From: Synechococcus sp.
GTDB lineage: Bacteria; Cyanobacteriota; Cyanobacteriia; Thermostichales; PCC-7336
NCBI GenBank assembly: GCA_051439605.1
Contig: JBFRWN010000046.1
Location: 1 to 64,000, forward strand
Direction of reading: 5' to 3'
DNA length: 64,000 nt
Shown here: one piece after another, positions 29,315-40,403 of the stretch
Numbering within the stretch: the stretch's first letter is position 1
How the letters are laid out: each line of letters begins with the position of its first letter
The notes under the pieces: generated by a model
The model's database searches: none
What the model saw: only the letters and a program-made list of their open reading frames with translations
What the model was told of the DNA's origin: nothing
Translations under genes and position numbers: made by a program

Positions 29315-31387
29315 TCATTTTGCAACTAAGATTGCACACGATCGGGATTTGAGTGCGTACCTTTGATGCTCGTCGATCGCAGCCGCTTCCTGAATGTTGA
29401 CGAAATCCTGAGGACTCGGCAAGAAGCTATCCATGACCCGGTGCCAACGCCTGCCCTGCTGTAGCTGCGGCAACTCTAACTGGCAATCGCGCCAATCCGC
29501 GTTGCAAGCAACGTACAGATGCTCCCCGCACTCCGGATGGCACAGCTCCATCGCGAGCAAATGGGAATCCTCTTGCCAGTTTGGGTGCGATGGTCGCAAA
29601 CCGTGCCACTTGAGATAGGGCTCCTCCCCTAGCTCGTTCGTGGTGAAAATTCGTTCCTGACAAAACAATTCTAAAGACTGTGTGAACTGAATCAGCTGCT
29701 GGGTAAATCGCAGGATATCCGCGTGCTTGTGCACGTTATCCCAATCAAACCAAGCGAGAGAATTATCCTGACAGTAGGCATTGTTATTGCCCCGCTGCGA
29801 TCGCCGCACTTCATCACCCATCAGCAACATCGGCGTGCCGTGGGAGACGAACAAAATTGTCAGGAGATTTTTGATTTGCCTGAGCCGCAGTGCCTCCACA
29901 TCCGGGTCATCTGTGGGGCCCTCCGAACCGCAGTTCCAGCTGAAGTTCTCGTTGGCACCATCCCGATTGTCTTCACCGTTGGCGTCGTTGTGTTTGTGGT
30001 TATAGGTCACCAAATCGTTGAGGGAAAACCCGTCGTGACAGGCGACAAAATGAATGCTGCGATTGGGCTCGCGCTCTAGATTGGTATAAATATCGGAACT
30101 GCCACAGAGGCGAGACGCAAACAGGCTGATGGTGCCGCGATCACCTTTGACAAACCGGCGAATATCGTCTCGAAATGGTCCGTTCCATTCGGCATACCAA
30201 TCGCTGTTGTTGATGAACCTTCCTACACCGTAAAGACCTGCTGGATCCCAAGCCTCCACAATCAGCTTGGTTCCCGCCAGGATTTCATCGGATTCGATCG
30301 CCCATAAGAGGGGGGGCGCCTCGTCCGGCGGACGACCCGTCACTTTGCGGGCCAAGACCGTCGCCAGGTCGAAGCGAAAGCCATCCACGTGCATTTCAGT
30401 GACCCAATAGCGTAGGGAGTTTAGTATGATGCGACCGCAGATGGGAGAATTGGCTTTGAGGGAATTGCCGCAACCGCTGAAGTCAGCGTAACGGGATAAA
30501 TCCTCCTGTTCCAGAATGTAGTATTCGGGATTATCTAGCCCCCGATAGGACAGGGTGGGGCCGTTTTGGTTGCCTTCCGCTGTATGGTTGTAAACCACAT
30601 CGAGGATCACTTCAATCCCAGCTCGATGAAGAGCCTTGACCATGTCGCGAAATTCGTCAACGGGACCGAGGGGGTCTTTTCGAGAACTGTATTGGCGATG
30701 GGGGGCGAAAAAATTCAAGGTGCTGTAGCCCCAATAGTTGGTTAGCCCCGGAGGGGCGTCCTGCTCATCAAATTGGTGGACGGGCAGAAGCTCGACGCTT
30801 GTAATCCCCAATTCTTTGAGGTAAGGGATTTTTTCAATCAGTCCGGCATAGGTACCGCGCTTGTCGGGGGAGACGCCGGAATTGGGATTGAGGGTGAAGC
30901 CGCCCACGTGCAGCTCGTAGATGACTGTTGAAGCATAGGGAATGCGGGGAAAAGTGTCCCCCTCCCAGTCGTAGGTTGTCGGATCGACCACCACCCCTTT
31001 GAAGGCACGATCGCAGTTATCCCCCGGTCGAGCTGCAGCCTGGCGGCTATAGGTTTCGGCCCCCACAACCGCTCGCGCGAAGGGATCGAGCAGCACTTTA
31101 TCGCCGTCAAACCGCAACCCCCGTTCGGGGGCAAAGGGACCGTAAGCCCGATAGGCGTAAATTTGGCCGGCACCGATGTCGGGCACCAACATATGCCAGT
31201 AGTGAAAGGTTCTGTTCCGTTCGGGGTCGAAGGCGATCGTCCGGCTGGGTTGTGCCAGATCCCCCTCGTCGAACAGCAACAGCTCTAATCCCGTACAGTG
31301 GCGCGAAAACAGGCAAAAGTTTACGCCCTCTGGGGTCACTGTGGCACCGAGCGGATAACTGCGACCGGTCAAAACATTTGTATTCAT
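29315..31387 (-). CDS. glgX: Glycogen debranching enzyme GlgX (isoamylase, GH13)
   Basis: Motifs YPLGAT, NYWGY, DVVYNHT, DGFRFDLA, EAWD, HDGFSLND and GNNNAYCQDN. Confidence 0.96.
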   Translation of the reverse strand: MNTNVLTGRSYPLGATVTPEGVNFCLFSRHCTGLELLLFDEGDLAQPSRTIAFDPERNRTFHYWHMLVPDIGAGQIYAYRAYGPFAPERGLRFDGDKVLLDPFARAVVGAETYSRQAAARPGDNCDRAFKGVVVDPTTYDWEGDTFPRIPYASTVIYELHVGGFTLNPNSGVSPDKRGTYAGLIEKIPYLKELGITSVELLPVHQFDEQDAPPGLTNYWGYSTLNFFAPHRQYSSRKDPLGPVDEFRDMVKALHRAGIEVILDVVYNHTAEGNQNGPTLSYRGLDNPEYYILEQEDLSRYADFSGCGNSLKANSPICGRIILNSLRYWVTEMHVDGFRFDLATVLARKVTGRPPDEAPPLLWAIESDEILAGTKLIVEAWDPAGLYGVGRFINNSDWYAEWNGPFRDDIRRFVKGDRGTISLFASRLCGSSDIYTNLEREPNRSIHFVACHDGFSLNDLVTYNHKHNDANGEDNRDGANENFSWNCGSEGPTDDPDVEALRLRQIKNLLTILFVSHGTPMLLMGDEVRRSQRGNNNAYCQDNSLAWFDWDNVHKHADILRFTQQLIQFTQSLELFCQERIFTTNELGEEPYLKWHGLRPSHPNWQEDSHLLAMELCHPECGEHLYVACNADWRDCQLELPQLQQGRRWHRVMDSFLPSPQDFVNIQEAAAIDEHQRYALKSRSCAILVAK

Positions 31388-31464
31388 TTTCCTGATTCGC
31401 GTTCTATTGTCGCTGAATCCGATGATGAAATAATTGCAGAGGTCATATCAACCAAACCTAAACT

Positions 31465-32496
31465 ATGAATGTCGTTTTGTCTGGGGATATTGGGGGAACC
31501 AAAACTATTCTCCGTCTGACCCGCACCGATATATCGCCGGCGAAAGCGGCCAGCAATCTATTTCAACGGAAATATCCCAGTGCTGATTTCGATGATTTAG
31601 TACCGATGGTGAAGGTCTTTATTAGCCGCGCTTCGGAACAGCTGAGTCAAGACTTTTCCAGCATAGGGGCTGCCTGCTTTGGCATCGCCGGTCCGGTGGT
31701 CAGTAACGTCTCCAAGCTGACGAATTTGGGATGGACCCTCTCCGGAGATCGCCTACAGCGGGAATTAGAGATATCAAAAGTGGAGTTGGTGAACGATTTC
31801 GCAGCGATCGGCTACGGAGTCACTGCACTGGAGAACTCTGACATCTTTACTCTCCAAGCAGGCTTTCCGGTGGAGCGGGGCCCCATTGCCGTGTTGGGGG
31901 CTGGAACTGGGTTGGGGGAAGCCTATCTTACCTGGCAGGGGACGCATTACCAGGTCTATGCCACAGAAGGGGGGCACACCAGTTTTGCTCCCCGCAGCGA
32001 GCAGCAGGAGCAACTGTTGGAATACTTGCTGCAAAAACACGATCGGGTTTCCGTCGAGCGAGTGGTATCTGGCCAAGGGATTGTGGCAATCTATCAGTTT
32101 CTCAGGGATAGCGGCGGTCAAGAGTCTGCGGAAGTGGCCACAACGGTCCGGCAGTGGGAACGCGACGGCTCGCAAGATGCTGGGGCAGCAATTGGCCAGG
32201 CAGCAGTGGAGGGGCGCGATCCCCTATCGGTCGAGACGATGAGACTGTTTGTGGATGCCTATGGGGCAGAAGCAGGGGATTTCGCACTGAAAATCCTGCC
32301 GACTGCCGGTCTATACGTGGCGGGGGGAATTGCTCCGAAAATACTACCGTTGCTTCAGCAAGGGGAATTTATGCATGCCTTCTACGACAAGGGTCGCTTG
32401 AAGTCCGTTTTGGCCCCCATTCCCGTGAGGGTAGTCCTCAATCCTGAAGTGGGCTCGATTGGAGCAGCAGTTCGAGCTACTCGCTTGAACCCTTAA
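31465..32496 (+). CDS. glk: Glucokinase
   Basis: Motifs GDIGGTKT, NDFAA, GAGTGLG, EGGH and ERVVSGQG. Confidence 0.95.
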   Translation: MNVVLSGDIGGTKTILRLTRTDISPAKAASNLFQRKYPSADFDDLVPMVKVFISRASEQLSQDFSSIGAACFGIAGPVVSNVSKLTNLGWTLSGDRLQRELEISKVELVNDFAAIGYGVTALENSDIFTLQAGFPVERGPIAVLGAGTGLGEAYLTWQGTHYQVYATEGGHTSFAPRSEQQEQLLEYLLQKHDRVSVERVVSGQGIVAIYQFLRDSGGQESAEVATTVRQWERDGSQDAGAAIGQAAVEGRDPLSVETMRLFVDAYGAEAGDFALKILPTAGLYVAGGIAPKILPLLQQGEFMHAFYDKGRLKSVLAPIPVRVVLNPEVGSIGAAVRATRLNP

Positions 32497-32728
32497 GGAA
32501 AATTGCCGTTCCAACCCAATTTTGCGACAAACGCATTCGCCAGTAGCTGAGGTATTTTTTCCTCCAGAGGATTGTGGAGGTTTACGGATTAGCCACGGTC
32601 CGACAGTCTTAGCCGAAAGTTGCTCCTCGCCGATAGTCTTGTAAACAGGAGCGATCGCCGTTGACTTTCTCAAACCAAACCAGATTGCTTGTTGACCAAC
32701 TCCCACACTCAGATCGATCTCAACCCTT

Positions 32729-35011
32729 ATGGCTTGGTGGACTCTTTTTACCCGCAACTTCCACAAAGACACTGCACTTCCACAACCACCCACCTCGGAA
32801 TCATCAGGTTCGTCATCGTCCAATCAACAGCCTCCCATAAAGCTCTACAACGCGTTTGAAGGGGTATTTAAACCTACTCTTCTCACCATATTGGGAGCCA
32901 TCATGTACCTTCGGGTGGGGTGGGTAGTGGGGAATGCCGGCTTATGGGGGGGACTGTTGGTGGTGGGGTCCGCCATCAGTATTACTTTGGCAACGGGACT
33001 ATCGATCGCCTCAATTGCCACCAACACCCGCCTCGGAGTGGGGGGGCCCTATGCCACCATCGCCAAATCCCTCGGGCTAGAGGTGGGGGCTGCGGTGGGC
33101 ATTCCGCTGTTTTTGTCTCAATCGCTGGCGGTAACGCTGTACATCTTTGGTTTTCGGGAGGGCTGGCACTATCTCTTTCCTAGCCATCCTGCCCTATGGG
33201 TGGATTTGGGGGTGTTTGCGGCTGTCTTGCTGGTAGCCTTTATTAGCGCTGGGTTGGCCTTTCGCCTGCAATATCTGGTTATGGCGGCGATCGCTGCTTC
33301 CCTAATTTCCATTTTTGGCAGCGCTTTTATCTGGGATTCATTGGCGGAGCCTGTCATATGGGGGAGCTTTCCCGGCAGTCTGGAAACGGGGTTTCAGGGC
33401 ACCAATTTTTGGGGGGTATTTGCAGTGTTTTTCCCTGCTGTAACCGGCATTCTATCGGGGGTGAATCTGTCGGGGGAACTGGAAAATAGCCGACGCAGTA
33501 TTCCTGTGGGAACGTTATCGGCGATCGCGGTTAGTTCGGCCATCTACTTCGTCCTCTGCGTGTGGATGGCGCATGCGGGTACTCCCGAGCGATTGGTGGA
33601 AGATTACACGATTGCAGTCGATCGATCTCTATGGCCCCCAGTGGTCCTCGTTGGGTTAATGGCAGCGACGTTTTCAGCGGCGCTGTCTTCTCTGGTGGGA
33701 GCACCCCGTATACTACTGGCTTTGAGTCAAGATCGTGCCATTGTGGGGTCTGGATGGATTTCCCACCTGTCTGCTCGCAACGGCGAACCCCGCCGCGCTC
33801 TATTAGTTTCGGGAGCGATCGCCTTTTTAGCGCTACTAGTTAGAGATCTGAATGCGATTGCCCCCTTCATTACGCTGTTCTTTTTGATTACCTACGCCAC
33901 AGTTAATTTTGTGGTGGTACTGGAGTCCAGCTTGGGGCTGATGAACTTTCGGCCCACTCTTCGCCTACCCATTATCGTGCCGCTGTACGGAGCGCTGGGC
34001 TGCATCTTGGCGATGGTGGCGATCGATCCATTTCTCAGCCTAGTCGCGCTGGCGGTGGCGATCGTCATCTCTATGCGGCTGGCCACCCACACCCCGATTC
34101 GCCGCGCGGGGGAAGCTCGCAGTGGTTTGTTCGAGGCGATGGCCCAATGGGCTGCTACCAAAACGATGGAGTTGGAGGTGGCCAGTTCCCGCGCCTGGAA
34201 GCCGACGTTGTTGGTGCCGGTGGAGGATCGCTCGCAGCTGTTGGGGGAATTTCGGCTGTTGTTGGATTTGTCTCAACCGGAGGGGACGGTCAACCTGTTG
34301 GGGCTGGCAACGCAGTCGAGTGTGGAGAATTTGTCTCCTCGCATTGCCGATCTAAGTTCTGCCCTGCGGCGGCGCGGTATTTTTACGACCTACTCTGTGA
34401 TCGAGACCAGCACCGATACCACTGGAATTGTGGGGGCGTTGCAAGCGTTGCAAAGTGCTTTTTTTCGACCCAATGTGTTGTTTTTACGCAGCCCCACCGA
34501 GCTGGACCATTGGGAACGTACTGTGCCGGTGCTGGCGGAAGCGCGCCGCGTGAAGATGGGGGTGATGTTACTGAGTTTGCATCCGCTGGCGGGGTTGGGG
34601 CGAGCGGAGGTGATTAATTTATGGATTCGCCCTCAGTTTGAGGACCTTCCGTTGGAGGAACGGTTGGAGAAGGGGAGTAGTAACCTGGGTATTTTGATGG
34701 CGTTGCGACTGGCGCGGGCCTGGAGAGCCCAGCTGAATTTGATTGTGGTGGTGACCCCCAAAGAGGATACCAAGGCAGCCAAGTGGTTTGTGGAAGAATT
34801 GCGCGATTACTGTCGCATTCCCAAGCTTGCACGCACGATTGTAATGGTGGGGAGTTTTGAGGATTGTCTGTCAAAGGCTCCGCAGGCGGATATGGATTTT
34901 ATGGGTTTGCAGACGGTGCCTGAGTTTGAGTTTGTTCAGAAAGCGTTGTTGCTGACTGGGTCGTCTTGTATCTTTACGAGCGATTCGGGGATTGAGAGTG
35001 CTTTGGCGTGA
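32729..35011 (+). CDS. SLC12/cation-chloride cotransporter-like APC permease
   Basis: Motifs GVFKPTLLTILGAIMYLRVGWVVGNAG, FAVFFPAVTGI, SIPVGT and LVGAPRIL, with a cytoplasmic C-terminal domain containing WKP and RPN. Confidence 0.88.
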   Translation: MAWWTLFTRNFHKDTALPQPPTSESSGSSSSNQQPPIKLYNAFEGVFKPTLLTILGAIMYLRVGWVVGNAGLWGGLLVVGSAISITLATGLSIASIATNTRLGVGGPYATIAKSLGLEVGAAVGIPLFLSQSLAVTLYIFGFREGWHYLFPSHPALWVDLGVFAAVLLVAFISAGLAFRLQYLVMAAIAASLISIFGSAFIWDSLAEPVIWGSFPGSLETGFQGTNFWGVFAVFFPAVTGILSGVNLSGELENSRRSIPVGTLSAIAVSSAIYFVLCVWMAHAGTPERLVEDYTIAVDRSLWPPVVLVGLMAATFSAALSSLVGAPRILLALSQDRAIVGSGWISHLSARNGEPRRALLVSGAIAFLALLVRDLNAIAPFITLFFLITYATVNFVVVLESSLGLMNFRPTLRLPIIVPLYGALGCILAMVAIDPFLSLVALAVAIVISMRLATHTPIRRAGEARSGLFEAMAQWAATKTMELEVASSRAWKPTLLVPVEDRSQLLGEFRLLLDLSQPEGTVNLLGLATQSSVENLSPRIADLSSALRRRGIFTTYSVIETSTDTTGIVGALQALQSAFFRPNVLFLRSPTELDHWERTVPVLAEARRVKMGVMLLSLHPLAGLGRAEVINLWIRPQFEDLPLEERLEKGSSNLGILMALRLARAWRAQLNLIVVVTPKEDTKAAKWFVEELRDYCRIPKLARTIVMVGSFEDCLSKAPQADMDFMGLQTVPEFEFVQKALLLTGSSCIFTSDSGIESALA

Positions 35012-35076
35012 GGTAGAGCGATTGGAAGAGGATAGGGTATAGACGTTTGTCGATCGCATTCCCCCAGACAGAAGTC

Positions 35077-35589
35077 ATGCAGATCGTTTCTGATGTGGAC
35101 TGGGCCAAGTGGGTACCAAGAGAGGTGGCTACGCTGGTGTTCGCAATTTGCGATGGGCAGATCCTGCTGATTCGTAAGTTGCGGGGATTAGGGGCTGGCA
35201 AGATTAACGGGCCGGGGGGCCGCCTAGAGCCAGGGGAGTCGTTGCTGGACTGTGCCGTGCGGGAGGTGCAGGAGGAGCTGCTGGTAACTCCAACGGGATT
35301 AGAGTACGGGGGAGACATTCGGTTTCAGTTTTTGAATGGATATTCGCTGCACGTCCATTGCTATCGAGCGTCTGGGATTGTTGGTGCTCCTACGGCTACG
35401 GATGAGGCGATTCCGATATGGAGCCCGTTGGATAACATTCCATTTCATGACATGTGGGACGACGATCGCGTCTGGTTGCCGTATCTCATCGAAAGGCAAT
35501 TGTTTTCGGGGCGGTTTTTGTTTGAGGGCGATCGGCTGTTGGATTACGAATTGGATGCAAATACCTCGATTACTCAATCAACCCTCTAA
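35077..35589 (+). CDS. Nudix hydrolase, 8-oxo-dGTPase (MTH1-like)
   Basis: Nudix box GGRLEPGESLLDCAVREVQEE and the motif IPF..MW.DD..W. ATG at 35077. Confidence 0.88.
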   Translation: MQIVSDVDWAKWVPREVATLVFAICDGQILLIRKLRGLGAGKINGPGGRLEPGESLLDCAVREVQEELLVTPTGLEYGGDIRFQFLNGYSLHVHCYRASGIVGAPTATDEAIPIWSPLDNIPFHDMWDDDRVWLPYLIERQLFSGRFLFEGDRLLDYELDANTSITQSTL

Positions 35590-35794
35590 GGGCTATTTTT
35601 AAATTCACGTAATCTCCTTTAAGCTCTTTTACTTACAGTTCAACGGAAGACGTTGCAAGCTTTGCAGCGATACCTGCTGGTGATTCAACAACGGGCATAG
35701 GCTATTGAGAATGAAGGTGTGAAGGGGGAAGTTAGCATCGCTACTTGGCAGATCGGGAGTTGTTAGAGGTCGTCAGGCATGTCAAATGCGACTT

Positions 35795-36688
35795 TCAAAA
35801 GTTAGAAGCTCTCGCGATCGCCCCCATAAACTTATAAATCAATTGCGCCATCGCAAACTCGTACGCATGAAACCCCTGAATCGGCGCAAATTCCATCACA
35901 TCAAACCCAATCACCCGCCGCTGGCTCAATACCGAATCAAACAGCGCCAGCGTCTGATACCACCCCAACCCACCCGGCACCGGAGTTCCCGTAGACGGAA
36001 AAACAGAAGGGTCCATGCCATCCGTATCCAACGTAAAGAAAACGTTTGATGGAAAATCCTGCGGCAACTCAAAAGCAGAAATATTCTGCGGCACCAACAC
36101 ATCCGCATCCAAATACCTAACACCAAACTCCTTACGAACCTCAATTTCCTCAACCGAAATCGCCCGCACCCCCAACTGAAACAGCGGCACCCCCATATCC
36201 ACAATCCGCTTCATCACCGATGCATGACTGAACGGATTCCCCTCATACGCCTCCCGCAAATCCCCATGGGCATCCACCTGAACCACCCCCACATCCGTCA
36301 TCCCCGCCGATAGCAGGCCACGAACGACCCCATAAGTCACCGTATGCTCCCCCCCCAACACCACCGGAAACTTACCTGCTTCGATCGTGGACTGAGTAGC
36401 CGCCGCAATCCGATCCACCACCCCAGCCGCATCCCCGCTCACATCCACCGGAGCATGCGTAAAAATCCCCTTCTCTAGAGGGATGCTCTTGCCATCCCAA
36501 GCCTCTAACTGCCAAGAGGCCCCCAAAATCGCCGCAGGTCCCAATCGAGTACCGCTGCCATACGACACTGACGCCTCCATAGGCACCGGCAACACATGAA
36601 AAAACGCCTCCTCCGGCTGCGGGTGCGTTAGCTCGGAGCCAAGAAACACTGGATATTCCGGAGCCGCCCACTGGTCAAACGCATCCAT
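35795..36688 (-). CDS. speB: Agmatinase
   Basis: Ureohydrolase metal motifs GGEHTVT, DAHGDLR and DTDGMDPS..P.TGTPVPGG. Confidence 0.9.
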   Translation of the reverse strand: MDAFDQWAAPEYPVFLGSELTHPQPEEAFFHVLPVPMEASVSYGSGTRLGPAAILGASWQLEAWDGKSIPLEKGIFTHAPVDVSGDAAGVVDRIAAATQSTIEAGKFPVVLGGEHTVTYGVVRGLLSAGMTDVGVVQVDAHGDLREAYEGNPFSHASVMKRIVDMGVPLFQLGVRAISVEEIEVRKEFGVRYLDADVLVPQNISAFELPQDFPSNVFFTLDTDGMDPSVFPSTGTPVPGGLGWYQTLALFDSVLSQRRVIGFDVMEFAPIQGFHAYEFAMAQLIYKFMGAIARASNF

Positions 36689-36718
36689 CGAAAATCTCCC
36701 TCAACACAGCCCAAACCA

Positions 36719-37696
36719 TTGCCAGTGCATAGCGTACGAAACTGGCCCACAGTTTACCCCCATCCCCTGTGCCATCCTGAAAACGCTGCTCGAACCAACC
36801 CATTGTTGAATCCAACTGCCTTTCAAGGTGAAATATCTGCTCTGACGGCTGCCGGACTCTGGGCCTTCTCCACTTTGCTGTTTGGCCGATTGGGAAAGTG
36901 GCTGTCCCCCCTCATCCTCAACCTCGCAAAAGGTGCGATCGCCATCACCTTTATCCTTCTCACTCTGCTCCTGCGCCAACAGCTCCTCGTCACCCTGCCC
37001 CTCACCTCCGTCACCCTCCTGCTCATTAGCGGTACCATTGGCATTGGCTTGGGAGACACCGCCTACTTTGCCACCGTCAACGAACTGGGTCCCAGGCGGG
37101 CGCTGCTGATGGAGACTTTGGCCCCACCCCTCTCGGCGCTACTGGCTCTGATTTACTTGCAAGAACAGCTATCAGCGATCGCCTGGCTAGGCGTTCTCAC
37201 AACTCTTGCCGGTGTAGCTTGGGTGGTCAGCGAGCGAGCCACCGCCGGACAGGTAAAACATTTGAGCAGAGGAATCCTGTTCGGAATCTTGGCCGCGGGA
37301 GGGCAGGCTACGGGAGCAGTCCTTTCGCGGGCCGCTTTGGCACATACCACCGTCGATCCACTGTGGAGTGCGTTGCTGCGCTTGGTGGCAGGACTGTTGA
37401 GTCTTTTGGCGATCTTGGGTGTGCAACCCAACTGGGGGCACGGCATCAGTCAGCTCCGCTCAGGGCGATTGCTGGGGGGCGTTGCGATCGCCGCCTTTTT
37501 CGGTACCTATCTGGCCATATGGCTCCAGCAAACCGCTTTTAAGTTTGCTCAAACGGGTATTGCTCAGTCGCTATTGGCCACCAGTCCTGTATTTGTACTG
37601 CCGATGGCACTGGCGATCGGCGAAAAGGTTACCTTAAGAGCTGCTCTTGGCGCATTGGTGGCTCTGGGTGGAGTCTGTCTACTGTTTCTGGGGTAG
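36719..37696 (+). CDS. DMT/EamA family transporter
   Basis: About 10 TM segments; GIGLGDTAYF and GEKVT. The true start is probably near 36805. Confidence 0.87.
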   Translation: MPVHSVRNWPTVYPHPLCHPENAARTNPLLNPTAFQGEISALTAAGLWAFSTLLFGRLGKWLSPLILNLAKGAIAITFILLTLLLRQQLLVTLPLTSVTLLLISGTIGIGLGDTAYFATVNELGPRRALLMETLAPPLSALLALIYLQEQLSAIAWLGVLTTLAGVAWVVSERATAGQVKHLSRGILFGILAAGGQATGAVLSRAALAHTTVDPLWSALLRLVAGLLSLLAILGVQPNWGHGISQLRSGRLLGGVAIAAFFGTYLAIWLQQTAFKFAQTGIAQSLLATSPVFVLPMALAIGEKVTLRAALGALVALGGVCLLFLG

Positions 37697-38067
37697 TTTT
37701 GCAGGAAGCGAGGATAGTTTCTAAGATTTAGCCAGAAATACCCTAGACTACCCACTCGCTGCTATACGAGATGGTAAAACAGCCAAACGGGCTCTCAACC
37801 TACCCTCCCACTGAAAGCAGAGCTTGCTTTTAAACACTACTCTTTAACGACAGTCCAAACATTTATGACGCACATGCCAGAAATTCACATTTTATCTTTA
37901 ACATTTAGACTGCCCACAGGACTTAGGTATTATATCCTACCGCTTTTGACTAAAAAACTTTACGAAGTGTTGCCTTGAACACATTAAACTCTTTTTAACT
38001 TAAAATTACCCTGTTTATCTTAGCTTCTCTGAACCATTAGACACGCCCACGATCTGTTATTTTACAG

Positions 38068-39273
38068 GTGCAATGCGTAATTACTTGGAGCTCTGAAGTC
38101 ATTTTGATTCAGACTAATAGCGCCACTGCAGTCCTTATGGAGCTGGGGAGTTCCAGCAGCACTGGGTGTTTTTCTGTTTCTACCAAAACAGCGAATTGGA
38201 ATGTGTATCTCGATAAAGGGGGCATTTATTACGGCATCAACTCCACGCAAACTCGCTCGCTGTTGAAATTTAAGCTCGGAACACTGGGAGCTAGCGGTAC
38301 CGCAGCCACTTTAGCCCTTGCCGAAATACCAGATACCGTGGACTCGATCGAGTTCCTGATAATCGAACTGCTCCAAAAAGGAGTAATAGACCCCCAGTAC
38401 GTCCCGAAGTTAGCTCTCGATTTCATGAAAGAGTCGATTGAAACGCTGCTTTGGGTCGAGGACTCTACGTTTGAGTGGAAGCCTGGAGAAAGGCTTTCTG
38501 CCTTCACTTTCCATCCACAATTTAAGTTATCGAAGGTTGACCTTTCAAAAGCCATTGAATATTACCAAAAGCGATTGGTGCAATGGCAAAAGATCCAACA
38601 CTCGATTAAGTCACCTTACGAACGCCCCTACCTCTTCGATTACCATGGCGTGCTGAAAAAACTCTCCCCAAAACTACACGAGAGATTTACAAAACTCTTT
38701 ACGGGCTTGACTTTACGCCAGATAGCCCCACTGTTGCAGCAGGACGATTTGAAAATAGCTCAATTCATCTTGCCGTTCATCAAACAAGGGGCAATTGTTT
38801 TATGCGAACCACCCGAACCGTTCATCCAGTTACCCTACATTCCTCTCCCCGACATTACTTCAGGTGCACCAACTCTTCAGGAAGTAGCTGCTCACCCCCC
38901 CAAAAACCGCAAGATTGCTTGCATTGATGACAGCCCCTCCGTCCTGAATGAGATGCAGCGCTTGTTGGGCAACAAAGGGTTCGAGGTGACCAAAATTGAC
39001 GACCCAATCAAGGCTTCAGCACTGTTGTTTCGCATTCGGCCCGATTTGATTTTGATGGATGTCACTATGCCAGAAATTAATGGCTATAAGCTCTGCAATT
39101 TACTCAGGGATAGTGTCATGTTTCGGAATACGCCAATTGTGATGGTGTCGGGTCATCGCGGCATTATCAACAAGGCCAAAGCCAAGATCGCAGGAGCTAC
39201 GGATTATCTGACGAAGCCCTTTACGAGGGATGCTTTATTGGGCGTGGTGGAGAGATATCTCAACACTGCTTAA
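38068..39273 (+). CDS. PatA-family response regulator (PATAN plus REC)
   Basis: C-terminal REC domain (IACIDDS, DLILMD, YLTKPF) and an N-terminal PATAN-like region. First gene of the che cluster; start uncertain. Confidence 0.88.
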   Translation: MQCVITWSSEVILIQTNSATAVLMELGSSSSTGCFSVSTKTANWNVYLDKGGIYYGINSTQTRSLLKFKLGTLGASGTAATLALAEIPDTVDSIEFLIIELLQKGVIDPQYVPKLALDFMKESIETLLWVEDSTFEWKPGERLSAFTFHPQFKLSKVDLSKAIEYYQKRLVQWQKIQHSIKSPYERPYLFDYHGVLKKLSPKLHERFTKLFTGLTLRQIAPLLQQDDLKIAQFILPFIKQGAIVLCEPPEPFIQLPYIPLPDITSGAPTLQEVAAHPPKNRKIACIDDSPSVLNEMQRLLGNKGFEVTKIDDPIKASALLFRIRPDLILMDVTMPEINGYKLCNLLRDSVMFRNTPIVMVSGHRGIINKAKAKIAGATDYLTKPFTRDALLGVVERYLNTA

Positions 39274-39352
39274 CGAGATACGTGCTGCAAACAGCAGTTG
39301 CTTCCCTCGCGTTCACTAAGAAATTACGGATGCGCCCCCAGAAGAGGCCGAT

Positions 39353-39715
39353 ATGAAAACCATTTTAGTTGTTGACGATCTTCAGACAGAGCTCGAGCTC
39401 ATTTCCAGTTACTTGAAGTCAGAAGGATACGTTGTCTACTCCGCCACGAACGGCATGCAAGCTCTCGAACAGATCTCGAAGCAAAAGCCTGACGCAATTG
39501 TCTCGGACTGGATGATGCCCGAGATGGGGGGATTGGAGCTGTGCCGTCATCTGCGAAGAAATCCCGAGACAGCAAATATTCCTGTAATTGCTTATACCGT
39601 CAAAAATCGCGATGTCGATCGCCGGTGGGCTGCCAAGCAAGGCATTGCCATTTACCTCACCAAACCCTGTACGCGCGAGCAAATTATCAACGCTGTGAGA
39701 TCGGTTGTGGATTGA
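39353..39715 (+). CDS. CheY-like single-domain response regulator
   Basis: Motifs ILVVDD, DWMMPEMGG and YLTKP. Confidence 0.93.
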   Translation: MKTILVVDDLQTELELISSYLKSEGYVVYSATNGMQALEQISKQKPDAIVSDWMMPEMGGLELCRHLRRNPETANIPVIAYTVKNRDVDRRWAAKQGIAIYLTKPCTREQIINAVRSVVD

Positions 39716-39719
39716 GACA

Positions 39720-40265
39720 ATGGACAATATTCAACAACAAGCAAGACTACAGCAACTGTTACCGCAACTGTTTCACGTCAAAGAACCGGTTGGCAAACCC
39801 TATTTATATTTCCAACTTCTGCCAACGCAGTCGGTACTGTTGCCGATGGATATCGTGCAAGAGTCGTTGTTAGTGCCAACGAGCCAGATCACGCCCATTC
39901 CAAACATGCCCCCCGCAGTATTGGGTCTCATGGCCTCCCGTAGCCGAGTTTTTGTTGCCGTGGACTTAGCCCAGTTATTGCAGTGTTCTCCCACAACTGT
40001 TACACGTCAGCAGGAGCATGTCATCGTCGTGCAGACAGCCGACCGGGCAGCGAACATTGGCGAGGAGGAGCCCTTATTGGCCTTGGTCGTCAATCGGATT
40101 CAGGGAACGCTGCGCATTGATCCCGAACATCTGCAGGAAACCAGCGGCCCAATCCTCCCCACTTTGATGCCATTTGTGTCGGGGGTTGTCTTCCAGGATG
40201 GTCAACAGATGCCGATTTTGGATATTCATGCCGTTGCCCGCCTGCCCTCTCTTCAGGCCTATTGA
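39720..40265 (+). CDS. CheW-like coupling protein
   Basis: ITPIPNMPPAVLGL..SRSRVF.AVDL, and its position in the cluster. Confidence 0.9.
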   Translation: MDNIQQQARLQQLLPQLFHVKEPVGKPYLYFQLLPTQSVLLPMDIVQESLLVPTSQITPIPNMPPAVLGLMASRSRVFVAVDLAQLLQCSPTTVTRQQEHVIVVQTADRAANIGEEEPLLALVVNRIQGTLRIDPEHLQETSGPILPTLMPFVSGVVFQDGQQMPILDIHAVARLPSLQAY

Positions 40266-40403
40266 CGATCGAGACAGCAGTTTCTCCCTCTTCTTCTCCT
40301 CAGCGCTTGCAGCGGATTGTCTCAACATCTCCACGGCATTCCCCTGACTGTGTTTAAGAACGACGTCTTCTCGCCGATTCATTCAGTTTATCGATATAGA
40401 ACC

